64,000 nt of DNA. Source: the human T2T-CHM13v2.0 reference genome, Homo sapiens. The number at the start of each line of letters is the position of its first letter. The stretch's first letter is position 1. The position numbers and the translations under genes were made by a program. Positions 29,961-44,512 of the stretch are shown here, one piece after another. The notes under the pieces are model-generated. The model did no database searches. It was not told where the DNA came from and saw nothing but the letters and a program-made list of their open reading frames with translations. Location of the stretch: NCBI RefSeq assembly GCF_009914755.1, contig NC_060928.1. One strand, 5' to 3'.

Positions 29961-30610
29961 GGGGGTGAGGTTTTGCAGTATGCTCTCACCTGCCACATCT
30001 TGCAAACTAGAAATACATGTTCTCTGCCATAAAAGGGAGAATTCGCCTCATTCAGATTAATTCCAACATTCATACCTCTAATAGGGAGGATTAAGATATT
30101 GAGATCTGAATTAACAATGCCATGAGAGAGTAGGACCAGCCAGGAATCACTAAGTCAGAAGCCACCGGTCTCTCTCCTGCTCTGGGTGTCCTAGAGCTAT
30201 TAGCCGTACTCATAAGGAAAGCCAGGGCTGTGTAATCAGAATATGACATGTAGCTTTATATTGTTAAGAAGAAAATGTTCTGGAAGAGAAGAGGAGGCAA
30301 AGCTCTGGTCCAATAAAAAAAATTCAAGCTTACCACTGAAGAGAGATATATTCTAAGTCAAACACATATACGTTTCTTAATTCTGAACATGCTGCATTCT
30401 TTACTTTATCACCTTAATTGTTGGTTGCCCAGCTCTGCACTTGTATATGCCTGTGTGGAAAAGTAGAGGCATTTCTATAAGGCAGTGAAACTAGTTTCTA
30501 AACAAACCTGTCTGAACCTGCAGCTTTAAATGAGGAGTTCCCTTTTAATGGTCACCCAGGAAAGTCATATGCCATTGTGGTGAGAGGCCTAGCTATAAAA
30601 GATACTTGTG

Positions 30611-30974
<364 letters not shown>

Positions 30975-32557
30975 TCACTGGAAGTGACCCCAACCCAAAG
31001 GGTAATGATCATTGCAGAATAATTGGAGGCTGATACCAAGAAAAGTAAACACTTTTGGGTCAGGAAATGTAGTTCCCTTCAGAATGGTTGTGTGCATCCA
31101 AAAATAAAAGCTTAAAGAAAGTATCTTTTTAAAAGGTATTTAATAGTTCCATTGTGCAGTAAAGGAAGGTGTATTCAAACTTTTTGACATCAAATGTTTG
31201 AAAGAAAGCTGTTTGTCGCCTAATGATCACTGTAGGGATGAAAAAGAAGGCTTGTTACTAGATTCCTGAGAGTCAGATGCTTAAATCAACCCTGACTAGT
31301 GTCCCTGAGCAGTCGGAACTCTGAGGGTTCTGTAGTTAAAGAACTAAGCACCAAGGTCTAGAACCAAAGACACGATGATATGACTACCTTGGGGGAAAAA
31401 GCGAGGAGCACTCACAGCTGAATCCTCATCTACCGTAAGAGGAAGTCAAAGACGAGGTCCTAAATGGAGCAATAAAAATAATTGTAGGCAGTATCATTGA
31501 AATTTTAAAGTAAACACCAGAAGAAACAGCCAAAGGATCTGAAAATGATTGTCTTTGAATGCCTGAACTGAAGGCTAGGGAAGATAGGCCAACAGCCATC
31601 CATTTTTTAAAGATAAACCCTTATTGTAAAAATGAACATGCATTCCTTTGAAAAAATGTTCAAAGAACTATAATAAAAGGAAAAACATCTTTAAAAGTCC
31701 AGAACTGATGTTTTATTTTAAATAATGTGCTTTTATTCCTTTTGTAAAAATCTAGTAATTTTAAAAATATAGCTTCTTGTTAACTGGCAAGAAATCCACA
31801 GACCTTCATTACTCAAATTCACAACCAATCATAGGGGGCTAGGCGTAAGAAAAGGTGGTACAATACTTTTTGTTATTTGGAGGCTGTAGGTAATATGGCA
31901 AAAAGAAAAAAGCCAGGGGACTCTTTCCCTCAAAGCACATGAAGATTAGAGAAAGCCCTAGATTTCACATTTTAAAGTGGAAAACAAATAGCATAGATAT
32001 AGAGATTGAATTATTTGTGTTAAGAAGACTTACAAATATGGTTGCAACCATTGTTCCAGTCTCTATTTCTGTGTGTCTGTGCATGCTGGGGATGAGGAAG
32101 AGAAAACTGAGAGAAAAGGCACTCCATGAGGATGGCAGAGTGGGAATAGGAGAGAGTATGAAAAAAGGAATGAAGCCAGAAATGGTAACTTCCAGGGAGG
32201 TAGAGCTGTGAAAGGGGAATCTTTATAGAAAATCCAAAATTTATGCAAAAACAAAAATTGGACAGAGGATCCTTCCTTAAGTATTTGTCCTAGGATATAT
32301 GCCAGGAAAAAAGCACATTAACTCCAAGGAAATCTCATAAAAAAAATTCTAGGTCAAATAAGTTTCAGCTGACTCTTCAGAGACCTTAAGAAGGGACTAA
32401 GGCTTAGAATAACCTTTCCTAAACATCCAGAGGCCCCAGTTTGAACGAGAAGTAAAAATCTAAAGTCACATTAGAATTTTAATTGGAATAACAACACGTG
32501 AAATGATTATGAAATGAAATGAAAGTGGTATAACTTGCAATCCCTCTAGTTGGGTGT

Positions 32558-32924
32558 TGTCTTAGTGTATTTTGTAATGCTATAACAATACCACAGACTG
32601 GGTAATTTATAAACAATAGAAGTGAATTTGGCTCACAGTTCTGGAGGTTGGGAAGTCTAAGACCAAGGAGCCGCATCTGGTGAGGGCCTTCTTGCTGCAT
32701 CATCACATGGAGGAAGGCATCGCATGGTGGGAAAGCATGCATGGTAGGGAGGGGGCCAAACTAATCCTTTTTATTTGGAACCCATTCCTTAGATAACCAC
32801 CTCATGATAACAGGCAAAGCCCTCATGACCTAATTACCTCTTAACTTCCCATCTCTCAACATTGTTGCATTGGGGATTAACTTTTCAACACATGAAATTT
32901 GGGGGACATGTTCAAACCATAGCA
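32558..32924 (-). mobile_element. MST (C/D-like) MaLR solo LTR
   Basis: tgtcttagt...gactgggtaatttataaacaatagaag...caaaccatagca. TSD ggtgt/ggtat. Confidence 0.88.
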
Positions 32925-33267
32925 GGTATATTTAAGCTTTTTGCCTCTATGCATAAATTATGGCTGTTGCTCTTGGCATCTATGCTTAGAATTGGCTAAA
33001 TGATTGCCTGGTTTGGAAGAGTCTTTTCTATTTAGAGTCCTATTGACAATGACAGCATCTCTGCAGAACCCCCTAATGACCAAGGCAAGTGTTTACACAG
33101 TTGCCATTTTGTGAATAATTCCAAAGTTTTGTTGTTTTATTTCTTGTTCTTTATTGCTTTATTAATATCTGCCTGTTTTTTTTTAATCCCTGTTTTCTCT
33201 CATTGTCTGGGCCTATGCAATTGTCATTCCTTACTTGAACTCCATCTCATTCTCTCTACTAGCTATA

Positions 33268-33445
33268 GACCAACGGGTCTCTACTGAACTATGACTGAAT
33301 ATTAGATCACTCAGGAGGCTTTAAAAAAATGCTGATGCCCAAACCTCACCCCAGATAAATTGAGCTCATCTAACTGGGCCTAGCGCCTAGGAATTGGCAC
33401 TTTTTAAAGCTTCCCTGATTATTCTAGTTGCTAATCACTGTTGTA
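33268..33445. mobile_element. MER5-family MITE
   Basis: attagatcactcaggaggctttaaaaaaatgctgatgcccaaacctcaccccaga...tttttaaagcttccctgattattcta. Confidence 0.6.
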
Positions 33446-34056
33446 GATATTTGTTTCTGCTGTGACTCTGTTGCCTGGCGTGGAGTTGGGTGATTATGTC
33501 ATGACACAAAGGCAGAGAACCGTGAAGAATATTTTCATCCCTGTCTGATCCTTCCACATAACAGGATAATAGAATTTATCTTTATGTCTCTTTTATTACA
33601 AAGTCTTTTGTTTCTTTTTTGTGTGTGTGTGCTTTTGTTTTGTTTCATTATATTCAATGTTTGGCTGAGCCCAGTGAAACAATTAGAATGTAATGAAGCA
33701 TCTAGATAACCGAGAATGATAATAATGTACACCTGATACATCCAGATAATAGAAACATCTATGCCTTCATTGAAACTTGTGGGAAGTGTCTCAGTTCTTT
33801 AATGTACATTGATAGCAGAGGAAGCGACCTGACCTTTATGCCATGAGCTATGGTTTCATTTAGCTGGTGTCCAAGAAGCTATGTGACTTTTTAATAAGTT
33901 CCCTTGACTTTTGTCTTCTTAGAAGCAAGAATTCTTGTTGTGACAAAAGAAAAATGATTTTGGTTTATTTAGGAATTTTTGCACTTACAGTAAAATTTTA
34001 TTGTATTTTAAGAAAAACCACAATTCATAACACTTGGTTTCCTAAAAACCAAATTG

Positions 34057-34123
34057 TGTGTCTATGTATGTATGTATATGTGTGTGTATATATGTGTATA
34101 TGTATATGTGTGTATATACATAT
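34057..34123. repeat. (TG/TA)n low-complexity microsatellite
   Basis: Alternating tatgtatg/tgtgta run. Confidence 0.85.
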
Positions 34124-34164
34124 AACGTGCCTCCCAACTGTTTAAGAGCTACTTTTAAAGATAC

Positions 34165-34428
<264 letters not shown>

Positions 34429-35414
34429 AAGATCCTCTTTTTTCTGAAATGACTTGACTACTTTCACAAAAACAAAATTTAAGGGAGATGTTTACATTTT
34501 ACCTTTCTTATAAATTTTTCAGATAATTTTAGTGATCATAACCATAGATGTACAGTTATTTAATTATGGAAGTTCAATGTCTAATTTTCAAATTCAAAAA
34601 CTCATATTTTGTTGCAATGAAAAAATAAGACCTAATGTAAAATAAATTCCAAAACTTTTTTCACAAATAATTTATCTTCAGAAAAAATATGATTTGACAG
34701 AGCTGCAAGGAAGAGACAAAATGGATTCATTTTAATTTCACCCATTGACTTTCTTATGCCCATTTTCTGATATAAGTAACAATAAGTAGTATAATTATAA
34801 AATAAAGAAAAGTGATCCAAGAAAAAGTGAGACATTTTCTGTTCCTTTTTTGCGTTGTGAGTGGGTTTCTAGATCGTGGATATATAAAAAAAATCAATAT
34901 CTGAAAAACATTAAGGTTATGTTTAACATAATAACAAATAAGAATATTCTCATTTTGAGAACTGGCCCTTCTTGGAGTGAGATATATTCATTATCTATAC
35001 TCAGGAACTTAACCGTGTTCTGTTTATTCCAAAGAAATTTATAAAATGAAGGATTTTACCTGTAGATATGGTTTTTCTATCACCTTTTGAAATTTCAAAG
35101 TAGATTGTAACAACCTATCAACATAAATCATAATGCTTAAAGATGTATTACATTTATTCTTTTAAGAGTTTAATTTAGTCCCTAGAAGGAAAAGTCAAGG
35201 GGAAATAAACTTATTTATATTAGTAAAATTAAACATCCAGCAACTGAAGGAAAGATTGCTTTGTTTTAATGTTGCTTTTCTTTTTACTTTCTATATACAT
35301 AGTCAAGCCTCCACTCTTACCTAAAAGTACAAGTTCTCTTCAAGAAGACAGGCTCCACAGAGATCATATTTGGGCCATGTAACACATTGTAATTACGGGA
35401 CACTGCTATCATTT

Positions 35415-35822
35415 GGATATAGTTAGTTTGTTCCTGTCAAAACTCATGTTGAAATTTGCTCCCTAGTGTGATGGTATTTGAAGTGGATCCTAGTGGCAGG
35501 TGCTTGGGCTATGGAGGCAGATCTCTCACAAGTAGCTTGGTGCCACTGGTAATGAACGCGTTAGACTGAGTTAGTTCTCCAAAGAGTGGGTTGTTATAAA
35601 GCAAGAACACTCGTTGGGTTTTGCTTCTCTTCACATGTGTCTACTTCCCCTTTGAGCTACTCAACCATAGTATGATGCAGCAGAAAAACCCTCACCAGAA
35701 GCCGAGGCTATGCCCTTGAACTTCCCAGCCTGCAGAACTGTGAGCTAAATTAACCTCTTTTCTTTATAAATTTTACCCAGTCTCAGGTATTCTGTTACAG
35801 CAACACAAAACGGACAAAAATA
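35415..35822 (+). mobile_element. MSTB-like solo LTR
   Basis: aaactcatgttgaaatttg...gggttgttataaagc...ttacccagtctcaggtattctgttacagcaacacaaaacggac. Confidence 0.88.
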
Positions 35823-36274
35823 TATTACTACAAAATGTGCTTCATAAAATTGACTGAATTTGATACAGCCTTTTAAACTATTAAGTCATTTCTATAATAA
35901 ATCTATTGCCCAGTTTTATAAGGAAAAATAGAAATATTTTCTTTCCTCTTAAAGCGTTTTATGTACTATGCCAGGATTCTTAGAAATCTCAGTTCTCTTT
36001 ATAATCATTTTATGTTTTGAAATCTATTGCATTGGAAACAAAAGTTGCCCATCTAAATTTCTGACACATTTCAAGTCCCAGCTCAATTCTCAAATCCTCC
36101 GAGAGTTTTATTATTTCATCCCCAGCAATTTCTTCTGGGTTTGTTGGAAAATGAGATGATATTGTCAGGTTGTGATTCCAGGAGCCAGGAGTGGAAACAG
36201 TGAGGGAGGGATGGGACTGGCCCATTAACAGCAGAGAATGGAACAAAAAAACAATCTTCAAGACAGTAGCTGGG

Positions 36275-37061
36275 GTATGGTAGATTCAGTTTGTGTCCTA
36301 TCCAACATTCATTTTCCCCTTTTGCTTTTCTAACCCTCATTTTAATCACCCACACTATTCTGAACTCTATTGGTAGGTCCTGAAGAGTAAGCCAATCTGC
36401 ATATGGCATTCCACTCCAACTATGATTGATCTAAGTTTGGATATGCACTAGGCCCAATCAGAATGAAGAAGGGGGCATATACCATGGTTTGGGAAAAGGG
36501 GGAGAATTTTATCTTTTTCTGCTACTGTATATAAACAATGATAGTGGTTCCCCCATTTGCTGCTGGTTGTATCTTGCAGTCATGAAGGAAACCAACCTAG
36601 GGACCAATCTGACAATGGAGAAGGGCAAAGAAAAATTAATTACAAAGAAAAATAAATCTTATTTATTGTCATATATTCCCAGGAGCCTATAGGTAGGGTA
36701 GGAATGGAGAGGAATATGATCAGGGGTTATGGGGAAGGGGGATAGGAGCTCAGTCTTATCTTCTCCTGTATGGCTCACTCTTTCAGATCTGTTGTATTCC
36801 TCTTCACCTTGCTAAGTATAATGCATATTTATTTGTTCAGTTAATTCAGTAAATAAACATTGAAAGTCTAGGATGTACCAGGCATGTTCTAGGTATCAGG
36901 ATACAGCAGGAGCAAAAGTTCCTTCAGTATGATCACAGGTCATAGTCCTCTCCATTCCTACCCTACCTATAGGCTCCTGGGAATGATAATAAGTTTTCTT
37001 ATTAAGCTCATTTGAACTGCCATTTTTGTTACCTGCTGCCAAAAGCATTCAAACCTTTACA
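36275..37061 (+). mobile_element. LTR16-like ERVL LTR, interrupted by an inverted-repeat-bounded insert
   Basis: ggcccaatcagaatgaag, and a 3' end ataataagttttcttattaagctcatttgaactgccatttttgttacctgctgccaaaagcattcaaacctttaca. Confidence 0.55.
36675..36984. repeat. 45-bp inverted repeat (36675-36719 / 36940-36984) enclosing a ~205-bp copy of 38461-38666
   Basis: attcccaggagcctataggtagggtaggaatggagagga(a/c)tatga, with 44/45 complementarity between the arms. Confidence 0.95.
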
Positions 37062-37202
37062 AAGACATAATAAATCCAGTCAATAGTCCAACTAAAACAG
37101 CAATCTGAAGGCTGTGCACAGAGAAAGCAAGAAAAGGGACAGAATCTAGAGATGCTAAAGCAGATAATGTAGATTCCTAATGAAGAACAAGAGAGTCTAG
37201 AG

Positions 37203-37400
37203 CAGGATTTCTCAGCCTCAGCACTACTGATGTTATGGGCCAGATGTTTCTTTGTCTTGGGCTGCTGTCCTATGCACTATAAAAGGTTTAGCAGCATCCC
37301 TGGCCTCTACCCACTAGACATCAGTAGCACCACCACCCCAACAAGTATGATGATCAAAATGTCCCTTGGGAGGCAAAACAGCCCCTGCGAGAGCCATTGT
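37203..37400 (+). mobile_element. MER20 hAT MITE
   Basis: caggatttctcagcctcagcactactga...tttagcagcatccctggcctctacccactaga...gagagccattg. Confidence 0.88.
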
Positions 37401-37629
37401 TTTAAAGGGATTCTCTGAGGCTCTGGATCATAGCTGCATGGCTTTACTATAGGAATCAGCAAGTTCACCTGGGACAGCGACAGAGAAATTAATGATATTA
37501 TTGTTCAGATACTTTCCTCTGTGTTCAGTGGCATTAAATTCTTGTGCCACTCATTTTGGACCTTAACTTTTATGGTCTGGTACCAATTAAATAACTACTC
37601 TTTGCTTCAATTTCTTTATACAGAAAACA

Positions 37630-37933
<304 letters not shown>

Positions 37934-38571
37934 AAAAACAGGCAAGATAATAGCAATTAAATCATTGCACTGTTAGAAGGGTTAAATAAGATAATGCATG
38001 AAAAAAGCTGAGAGTGACTGGCAGATAGTAAGTTCAAACAAATTTTAGCTACTAATATTATTAATTGCCTTGTTAATAATTAACAATTAATTATTAACAG
38101 TATTATTACTATTATTACCAAAACTTTCTTCTCAGGAACCATGGCCTCTCTGGAACCTTCAGATAATTAGGCAGAGGCTACTACGGATTGCAGAATATTG
38201 GGAGTATTTATTGACTTCGCAGCATGTGACAGTAGGCAATGAGGGTGTCTCAAGTTCAAGGTAAAGGAGTAAGAATTTCCTAAGGTTTATGTATGCAAGA
38301 CAACTTTCCTCATGATACAATCTTTCACTATCTTCTGCAAGTTCACTTCTCTCTCTTCCCATTACCATGACAATCCACATCCATAATGGATGTTGAGTGA
38401 CAGGGGACAAATCCTATAAATATGACCAGTACTCCCAACATAAACATGTTTACCTGAGGAGAGCTTGTGGGGAAGGAAGATAGGGGCTCAGTATTATCTT
38501 TTCCTGTATGGCTCACTCTTAACAATTTTGTTGTATTTCTGTTTGCCTTGGTGAAAACAATGCATATTAAT

Positions 38572-39105
38572 TCCTTCAATTAATTCAATAAATATATATT
38601 GAAAATCTAGGACATACCAGGCATGTTCTAGGTATCAGGATACAGCAGGAGCAAAAATTTCCCTCAAGAAACTGCATTAAAGTGGGGGAGACAATCCAAG
38701 AATACATATTCTGCAGATGTAACAGGTGCTATGGAGAAACAAGGTAAGGCAGGCCAGGAAGGGGGTCATTGATCTTTTATGTAATGTAGTCAGGGAAAGA
38801 GTCACTGCTGAGAAGATAGAGGGTGAGCCATGTAGGGAAGAAAGTTCCAGGCAGAAGGAGCAATGAGTGAAAAGATTCTGAGGGGAGTTGTGAGCCCTGA
38901 ATTTAGAGAAATAGCAAAAAGATCAGTAAGGCTGGAGCAGGAGTAATGGCCCTAGAATAGGAAAGATGGTCAGAGAGCAGCGGAGTAGGGGGGTGGCGCG
39001 GGTCAGGTGGGCCTGGTAGACGGCTGAAAGGACACAGCATTTTGCTCAGATTAGGTTCTAAAAGGTTTTGCCAGAGAAGTGACATAATTTCATTTTATAT
39101 GCTTA
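38572..39105 (-). mobile_element. L2a-like fragment
   Basis: ttcaataaatatatattga...ccaggcatgttctaggta...gagggtgagccatgtagggaagaaagttccaggcagaaggagc...gagaagtgacataattt. Confidence 0.75.
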
Positions 39106-40214
39106 ATAGAAACTTTATTAATACTCGAATGAAATTATTAACCAATGTTTACTGAGAATTAATGAAATGTTAATAGCTGTTTCAATGAAAAACATAACAT
39201 CCTTGGAAGGACCTCTGATTTAGGGGGCATGAAGAGGTCAGTGACTTCCCTCCCCCAAAGAATAATATAAAACAGGAAAAAATGTCAAAACAATTAATTT
39301 AAGGTATTGAAAATTGCCAAAGGCAGACAATAAATTTAAAAGTATTTATACTTGACCAACTGCTAGAGCAGAGGAGTAAGTCAGCAGCAGGTGGTGGCAG
39401 GAGACTCACCCAGGGCAGCTCAGGCTGAAAAACAGCAGCTTCATTGTCAGAGGTATGGACTCAATTTGGGGCAGAGGTGGAAAACTGTCTTTGCCATCTA
39501 AAAGTTGTGAAATTAGTTGAGGCTGAACAGGAAAAACTCATAGCTTTGCAAGCTCAAGGTTTCACTTTTTGATAGCAATTTAATGGAGAGGTCCTGGAAA
39601 TGAGTGATCTTTGAAACATGGCTAATAGAACTAAGAAACAGAATTGTTCATTTCATTTTAACTCAATTGAATTTTAAAAGCCGTATGTGGCTACCACATT
39701 GGATAACACGGATTTATACTATTACAATCAAGGATGGACAATCGGGAAGCTTCGGGAAGCTTTCCCAATTAAAAGTCATAATTCATTGCCCAATTTTAGA
39801 ACCTGAGCCAATTTTCATATCCAGAACTCGCTGCCTGGAAAAGAGACTAAATCCCCATAAGAAAAGATTCTGCAGCAGCACAGCAAAGATACATGGTCAT
39901 AATTCCTCTAGTCCTTTCCCAAAGGAACCTATAACCATGAACAGCCAGACACTGAGGACTGTAAGATACAGGATTAATATTTAGGTCAATAAACAATTTT
40001 TTGAGACCATATCATGAACTGAACATAAGAAATATAACCATAAATAAGCCTTGGCCTCTGCCTTGAAGGAGCTTATTGACTTTATCATAAACAATGAACT
40101 CAGGAATGTTATATACACAAAAACACAAAACATTCCAAGCCTACTGGAGATATATAGGTTGAGGTGATGAGGGGAAAGCACAGATAATATATTACATACT
40201 TTTAAATGGGGAGA

Positions 40215-40428
40215 AGTATTTCTCAAGCTTTTTTTAATTATCACTCCTCCAAGAAGCACTTTTAGAAATTTTATTCCTAACAGCCTTCTACCCCATGAAA
40301 TGATATACTTAGTAATAAGATTCAGTATTGGAGGGTCACAAACCATTGTAATATCTAAGATTTTTCACCCTCCGTGAGACAAGAATCAATTTTCACCCCT
40401 GTAGGGGCAGTATCATTGAGAATGCAGA
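40215..40428. mobile_element. hAT-Charlie-like MITE (family uncertain)
   Basis: Starts gtatttctcaagc and ends ttgagaatgc, giving short inverted termini. Internal aatcaattttcacccc. Confidence 0.45.
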
Positions 40429-40821
40429 TATAGCTTCTCTGCATTGTAGAGAAAGGTTACTTTTGCTGGGAGGGAATTAAGAAAGTCTATGAGGAAGTAA
40501 CATTAGAACTGATTTAGAAACATGAGTATGATTTATTTATATAGAGAAAGAGATAAAGGAAGTGCAGTTAAGAGAATTTCTGGTATCACCTTGCTGAGAG
40601 AGAAAACCCTTGCGTAAGTCAAAGCTTTTGCCAACACCTTTGAAATCACTGTTGCTATGTAGTGGTTGGCTTGCAAAATCTGCAAAGGAAAAGATCAGAG
40701 AATACTCTGGGGACACCTGGAATAGACAGTTACAAACAAAAAATGTAAAATGCATGAGATTTATATTGTTTTTTTTTAATTTTGTATTTGATGTATTTCT
40801 TATCATCACTAATTTAGAATA

Positions 40822-41114
40822 CAGTCAGCCCTACATATCCATGGGTTCCACATCCATGGATTCAACCAATTGTTGAAATACATGGGAAAAAAAATTATAC
40901 AAAGTTCCAAAAGAGCAAAACTTAAATTTGCCACATGCCAAGTACTATGTTGAATCCACATGAATAAAATGATATGTAGGTAATTGTTAGGTATAATAAG
41001 TAATCTAGAGGTGATTTAAAGTATACGGAAGAATATTTACAAATATTACACCATTTTATATCAGGGACTTGAACATCCTCAGATTTGGTATCCAAGGCTA
41101 CTGAGGAACAACTG
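40822..41114. mobile_element. MER2-like Tigger MITE
   Basis: TA|cagtcagccctacatatccatgggttccacatccatggattcaaccaa...acaactg|TA. Confidence 0.85.
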
Positions 41115-41462
41115 TATTTCTAAATTGCTGTGGAAGTTGAAATTCTATTATTAACATACACGTTAAGTCAGAAGTTCGTAAGAATGAGCTGGGTAAAAAT
41201 AAATGTAACCTTAAATACCACTTCTGTAGAAAAGCTACTGAGTCAAATATTATTTTAAGTTTTATTAACAACAGCAGCAACATAACTCTAATACAACCTT
41301 CCAGTACTTGCACATTTTAAAACCTATCATTACTTTGTCTTTCTAGCTGAGACCTCAAACACACCCTCATGCATACACTTTGCATTGCTACAACATATTT
41401 GAAGTTTTTTTGTAATAATCTACATAAGAGATGTGGAGCTGTATAATCAATACATGTACTAG

Positions 41463-41603
41463 GGCTGGGCATGGTTGCGGACGCCTGTAATCCCAGCTAC
41501 TTGGGAGGCTGAGGCAGGAGAATCGCTTGAACCTAAGAGGCAGAGGTTGCAGTAAGCCAAGAGATCACGCCACTGCCTGGGCAACAGAGGGAGACTCTGT
41601 CTC
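41463..41603 (+). mobile_element. Alu right monomer (5'-truncated AluS or FRAM)
   Basis: ggctgggcatggttgcggacgcctgtaatcccagctac...gagactctgtctc, with the tail replaced by a microsatellite. Confidence 0.9.
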
Positions 41604-41738
41604 GTGTGTATATATATATATATATATACACATGTATATGTATGTATACATATATATATGTGTATATATATATATATACATGTATATGTATGTATACATA
41701 TATATATGTATATACACACACACACACACACACACACA

Positions 41739-41789
<51 letters not shown>
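41604..41789. repeat. Compound (TA)n/(TATG)n/(CA)n microsatellite
   Basis: About 185 bp of near-unbroken purine-pyrimidine alternation. Confidence 0.97.
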
Positions 41790-41792
<3 letters not shown>

Positions 41793-42884
41793 ACAATAAG
41801 TCCTGGGGTCAGAATTAGTCCTGACTTATATTTTGTATCCTTATACCAGTTAGCAGTCCCTTGACCAGTTGCATCAAGGTTTCTTTGTTAAACTAAACAT
41901 GTTTGGGACATTGAGATCAGTTTGAGTGCCTTGGGAACAAGGGTAAAAAAATGGAAAGATATGAATATACGTTTCCCATATCAGACATATAAAATCTAAC
42001 CAATTGAGGATTTTTATTTTTGGCCTGAGGCACTGAAGACTCCATTACATTAAAAATTAAGACCCCTAGACAAAGAGGATATGAGAAATTTCCTTTTGGA
42101 ATTAGAGGAGGAACCAAGGTAAGTTTGGATTAGAATATCTTTTTGAAAAGTTATTTTTTAGAATCACAATTGTGTTGCACAAAGAAAATTTTCTAATAGT
42201 TTGCTGACCACTGGTCTCTGATTTAACCACTGAAGGTAGTCCTAACTACTTATGATGACAGAATGCATCCTATAAGCTCTAATAGTAAATAAGCATAAAT
42301 ATTTGTTACATAAATTAATACAAATAAATATTATAGCCATAGTATTTTTGAACTTATATTTCAAGACTCCAGAATCCTCCATCCTGACCATAATTTGCTC
42401 TGCTTCCATCAATTCCACTCCTTTTTACCATGATTGCTACTCATCATCATCATAATCATCCATCCAAATCCCCGAAGGCTTAGCCATTGCCAGTTCTTCA
42501 GCCCATCTGGCCTCCTCTGGATTCACTTTCTTTCCCAGCATGGGCATCTACCGCTACCATTTTTTCACCTGTATGGTCAGTTTCTTGGTCCACCTTCTTT
42601 TCCATTTAACTTGCCTCACCAGTCCCTCCCTCCAGATTTAGCCGAAAGTCCTTTCTTTCTATACTCCAGCATCCAGGGTGAAGAAACTGACAGAAGCATC
42701 TGGGTTGAAATAACAAATGGATCGTTTCCAGCCACACCTGGGCCTTTTCAATAAACTGCCACATTTCTTTTAAAGGGACATTATTTTTTCACCTACAGGC
42801 TCTCAAAGGTAAAGCCTTTTGATATTTGTCCCTTTATATATCTAGAACACAGAGGAGAACATATATTTTCTCCTAATTATTTGA

Positions 42885-43630
42885 GATGACAGTGGAGGTT
42901 GTTTCAGTGAAATGCATTTTAACTGCAGATAACCAAAAATGTCTACAAATCAGCTTAAACGATAGGAAATATCTGATGTCACATAAGAAATCTGAGGAAG
43001 CACAGCCCACAGGGATGTTTGATGTAGTGACTCAATAAAGTCAACAGGCTGGGTACAGTGCCCCATGCCTGTAATCCCAGCACTTTGGGAGACCAAGGCA
43101 GGAAGATCACTGGAGGCCAAGAGTTTGAGACCAGCCTGGGGGCAACATAGCGAGTCCCCGTCTCTACAAAAAATTAAAAAATTAGCTGGGTATGGTGGTG
43201 CTTGCCTGTAGTTCCACCTACTCAGGCTAAAGCAGGAGTATCCCTTGAGCCCAGGAGTTACAGGTTGCAGTGAGCCATGATCACAGCACTGCACTCCACC
43301 CTGGGTGACAGGGCGAGATCTTTTCTCCAAAAAATAATAATAAAGTTATCAAAGACCTACATTATTTTCACCTCTCTGCTATCTTCATTGTGTTGTCTTT
43401 GCCCTCAGGCTGGTTCCTCACGGCCCCAAATACTGCAGGAGTTCCAAGTATCACGTCTAGATGTTATAATGTCCAGAGAATAAAGTGAAACATCTCAGTA
43501 TACTTCCTTCATAAGAACATGAAATACTCTCCCTCCCTGAAAACCACTGACTGACTTTTCTTATGTCTCATTGAGTAGTTTTGGATCATATCCCTTTTCC
43601 TAAACCAATCACTAACAAGGGATTTCCATA
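42885..43630 (-). mobile_element. Old MLT1 (J/K-like) LTR, interrupted by AluJ
   Basis: cagcttaaacgataggaaatatctgatgtcacataagaaatctgagg...cttatgtctcattg...cctaaaccaatcactaacaaggg. Confidence 0.55.
43047..43338 (+). mobile_element. AluJ
   Basis: Full dimer. TSD aataaagtcaaca / aataaagttatca. Confidence 0.93.
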
Positions 43631-44134
43631 ATTAATTTCAACATTTATCTGAGGGTATCAACCACAGAGATTACAACCTAGACTATCAGGATCTGTCTCA
43701 AGAAAGTGTCATTCTATCAAGTTTATATATACTTTCTTTAAGATTTTGAACCAATAATTTTTTCAGTCAGCAGGCTTATTAGCATAAAGAAAAATATTAA
43801 TAGAGTCAATTCAGTAAACATTCATTATATATGAACAACGTGGAAAATGCTGTGCTAGGTACTATAAGAAATAAAAATCAAAATAGGACAGTCTTTCTTC
43901 AGGATTTGTTTCCCTAGTAGAGGATCAGGCACATTGATACTGTCATAGAAGGTAGACTTTAATCGTCATATTGAAAACAGTGAGCGATTCATTCTGGCTG
44001 AGGTTTTTGTTATACTTAATTCTCTGATTTATGACTCCATAAGCCCACAGACATGCGGTACCCCCACAGGTTTGAAGGTGAACATTTCCCTCAGTGTTCA
44101 CATGCGTAGAGCAGTTCTCCAAATGGCTGCCCTA

Positions 44135-44512
<378 letters not shown>

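Noticed and set aside
36010-36261. Minus ORF with protein-like stretch NPEEIAGDEIIKLSEDLRIELGLEMCQKFRW
   Set aside because: I see no convincing splice sites or recognisable homology. A faint CR1/L3 resemblance could not be supported.
39742-39766. tcgggaagct x2 with near-palindrome gggaagctttccc
   Set aside because: A simple 10-bp tandem duplication that does not match GAS or NF-kB consensus properly.
41459-41818. Stacked ORFs in many frames (also at 48206-48651 and 34042-34354)
   Set aside because: They are translations of dinucleotide microsatellites plus Alu.
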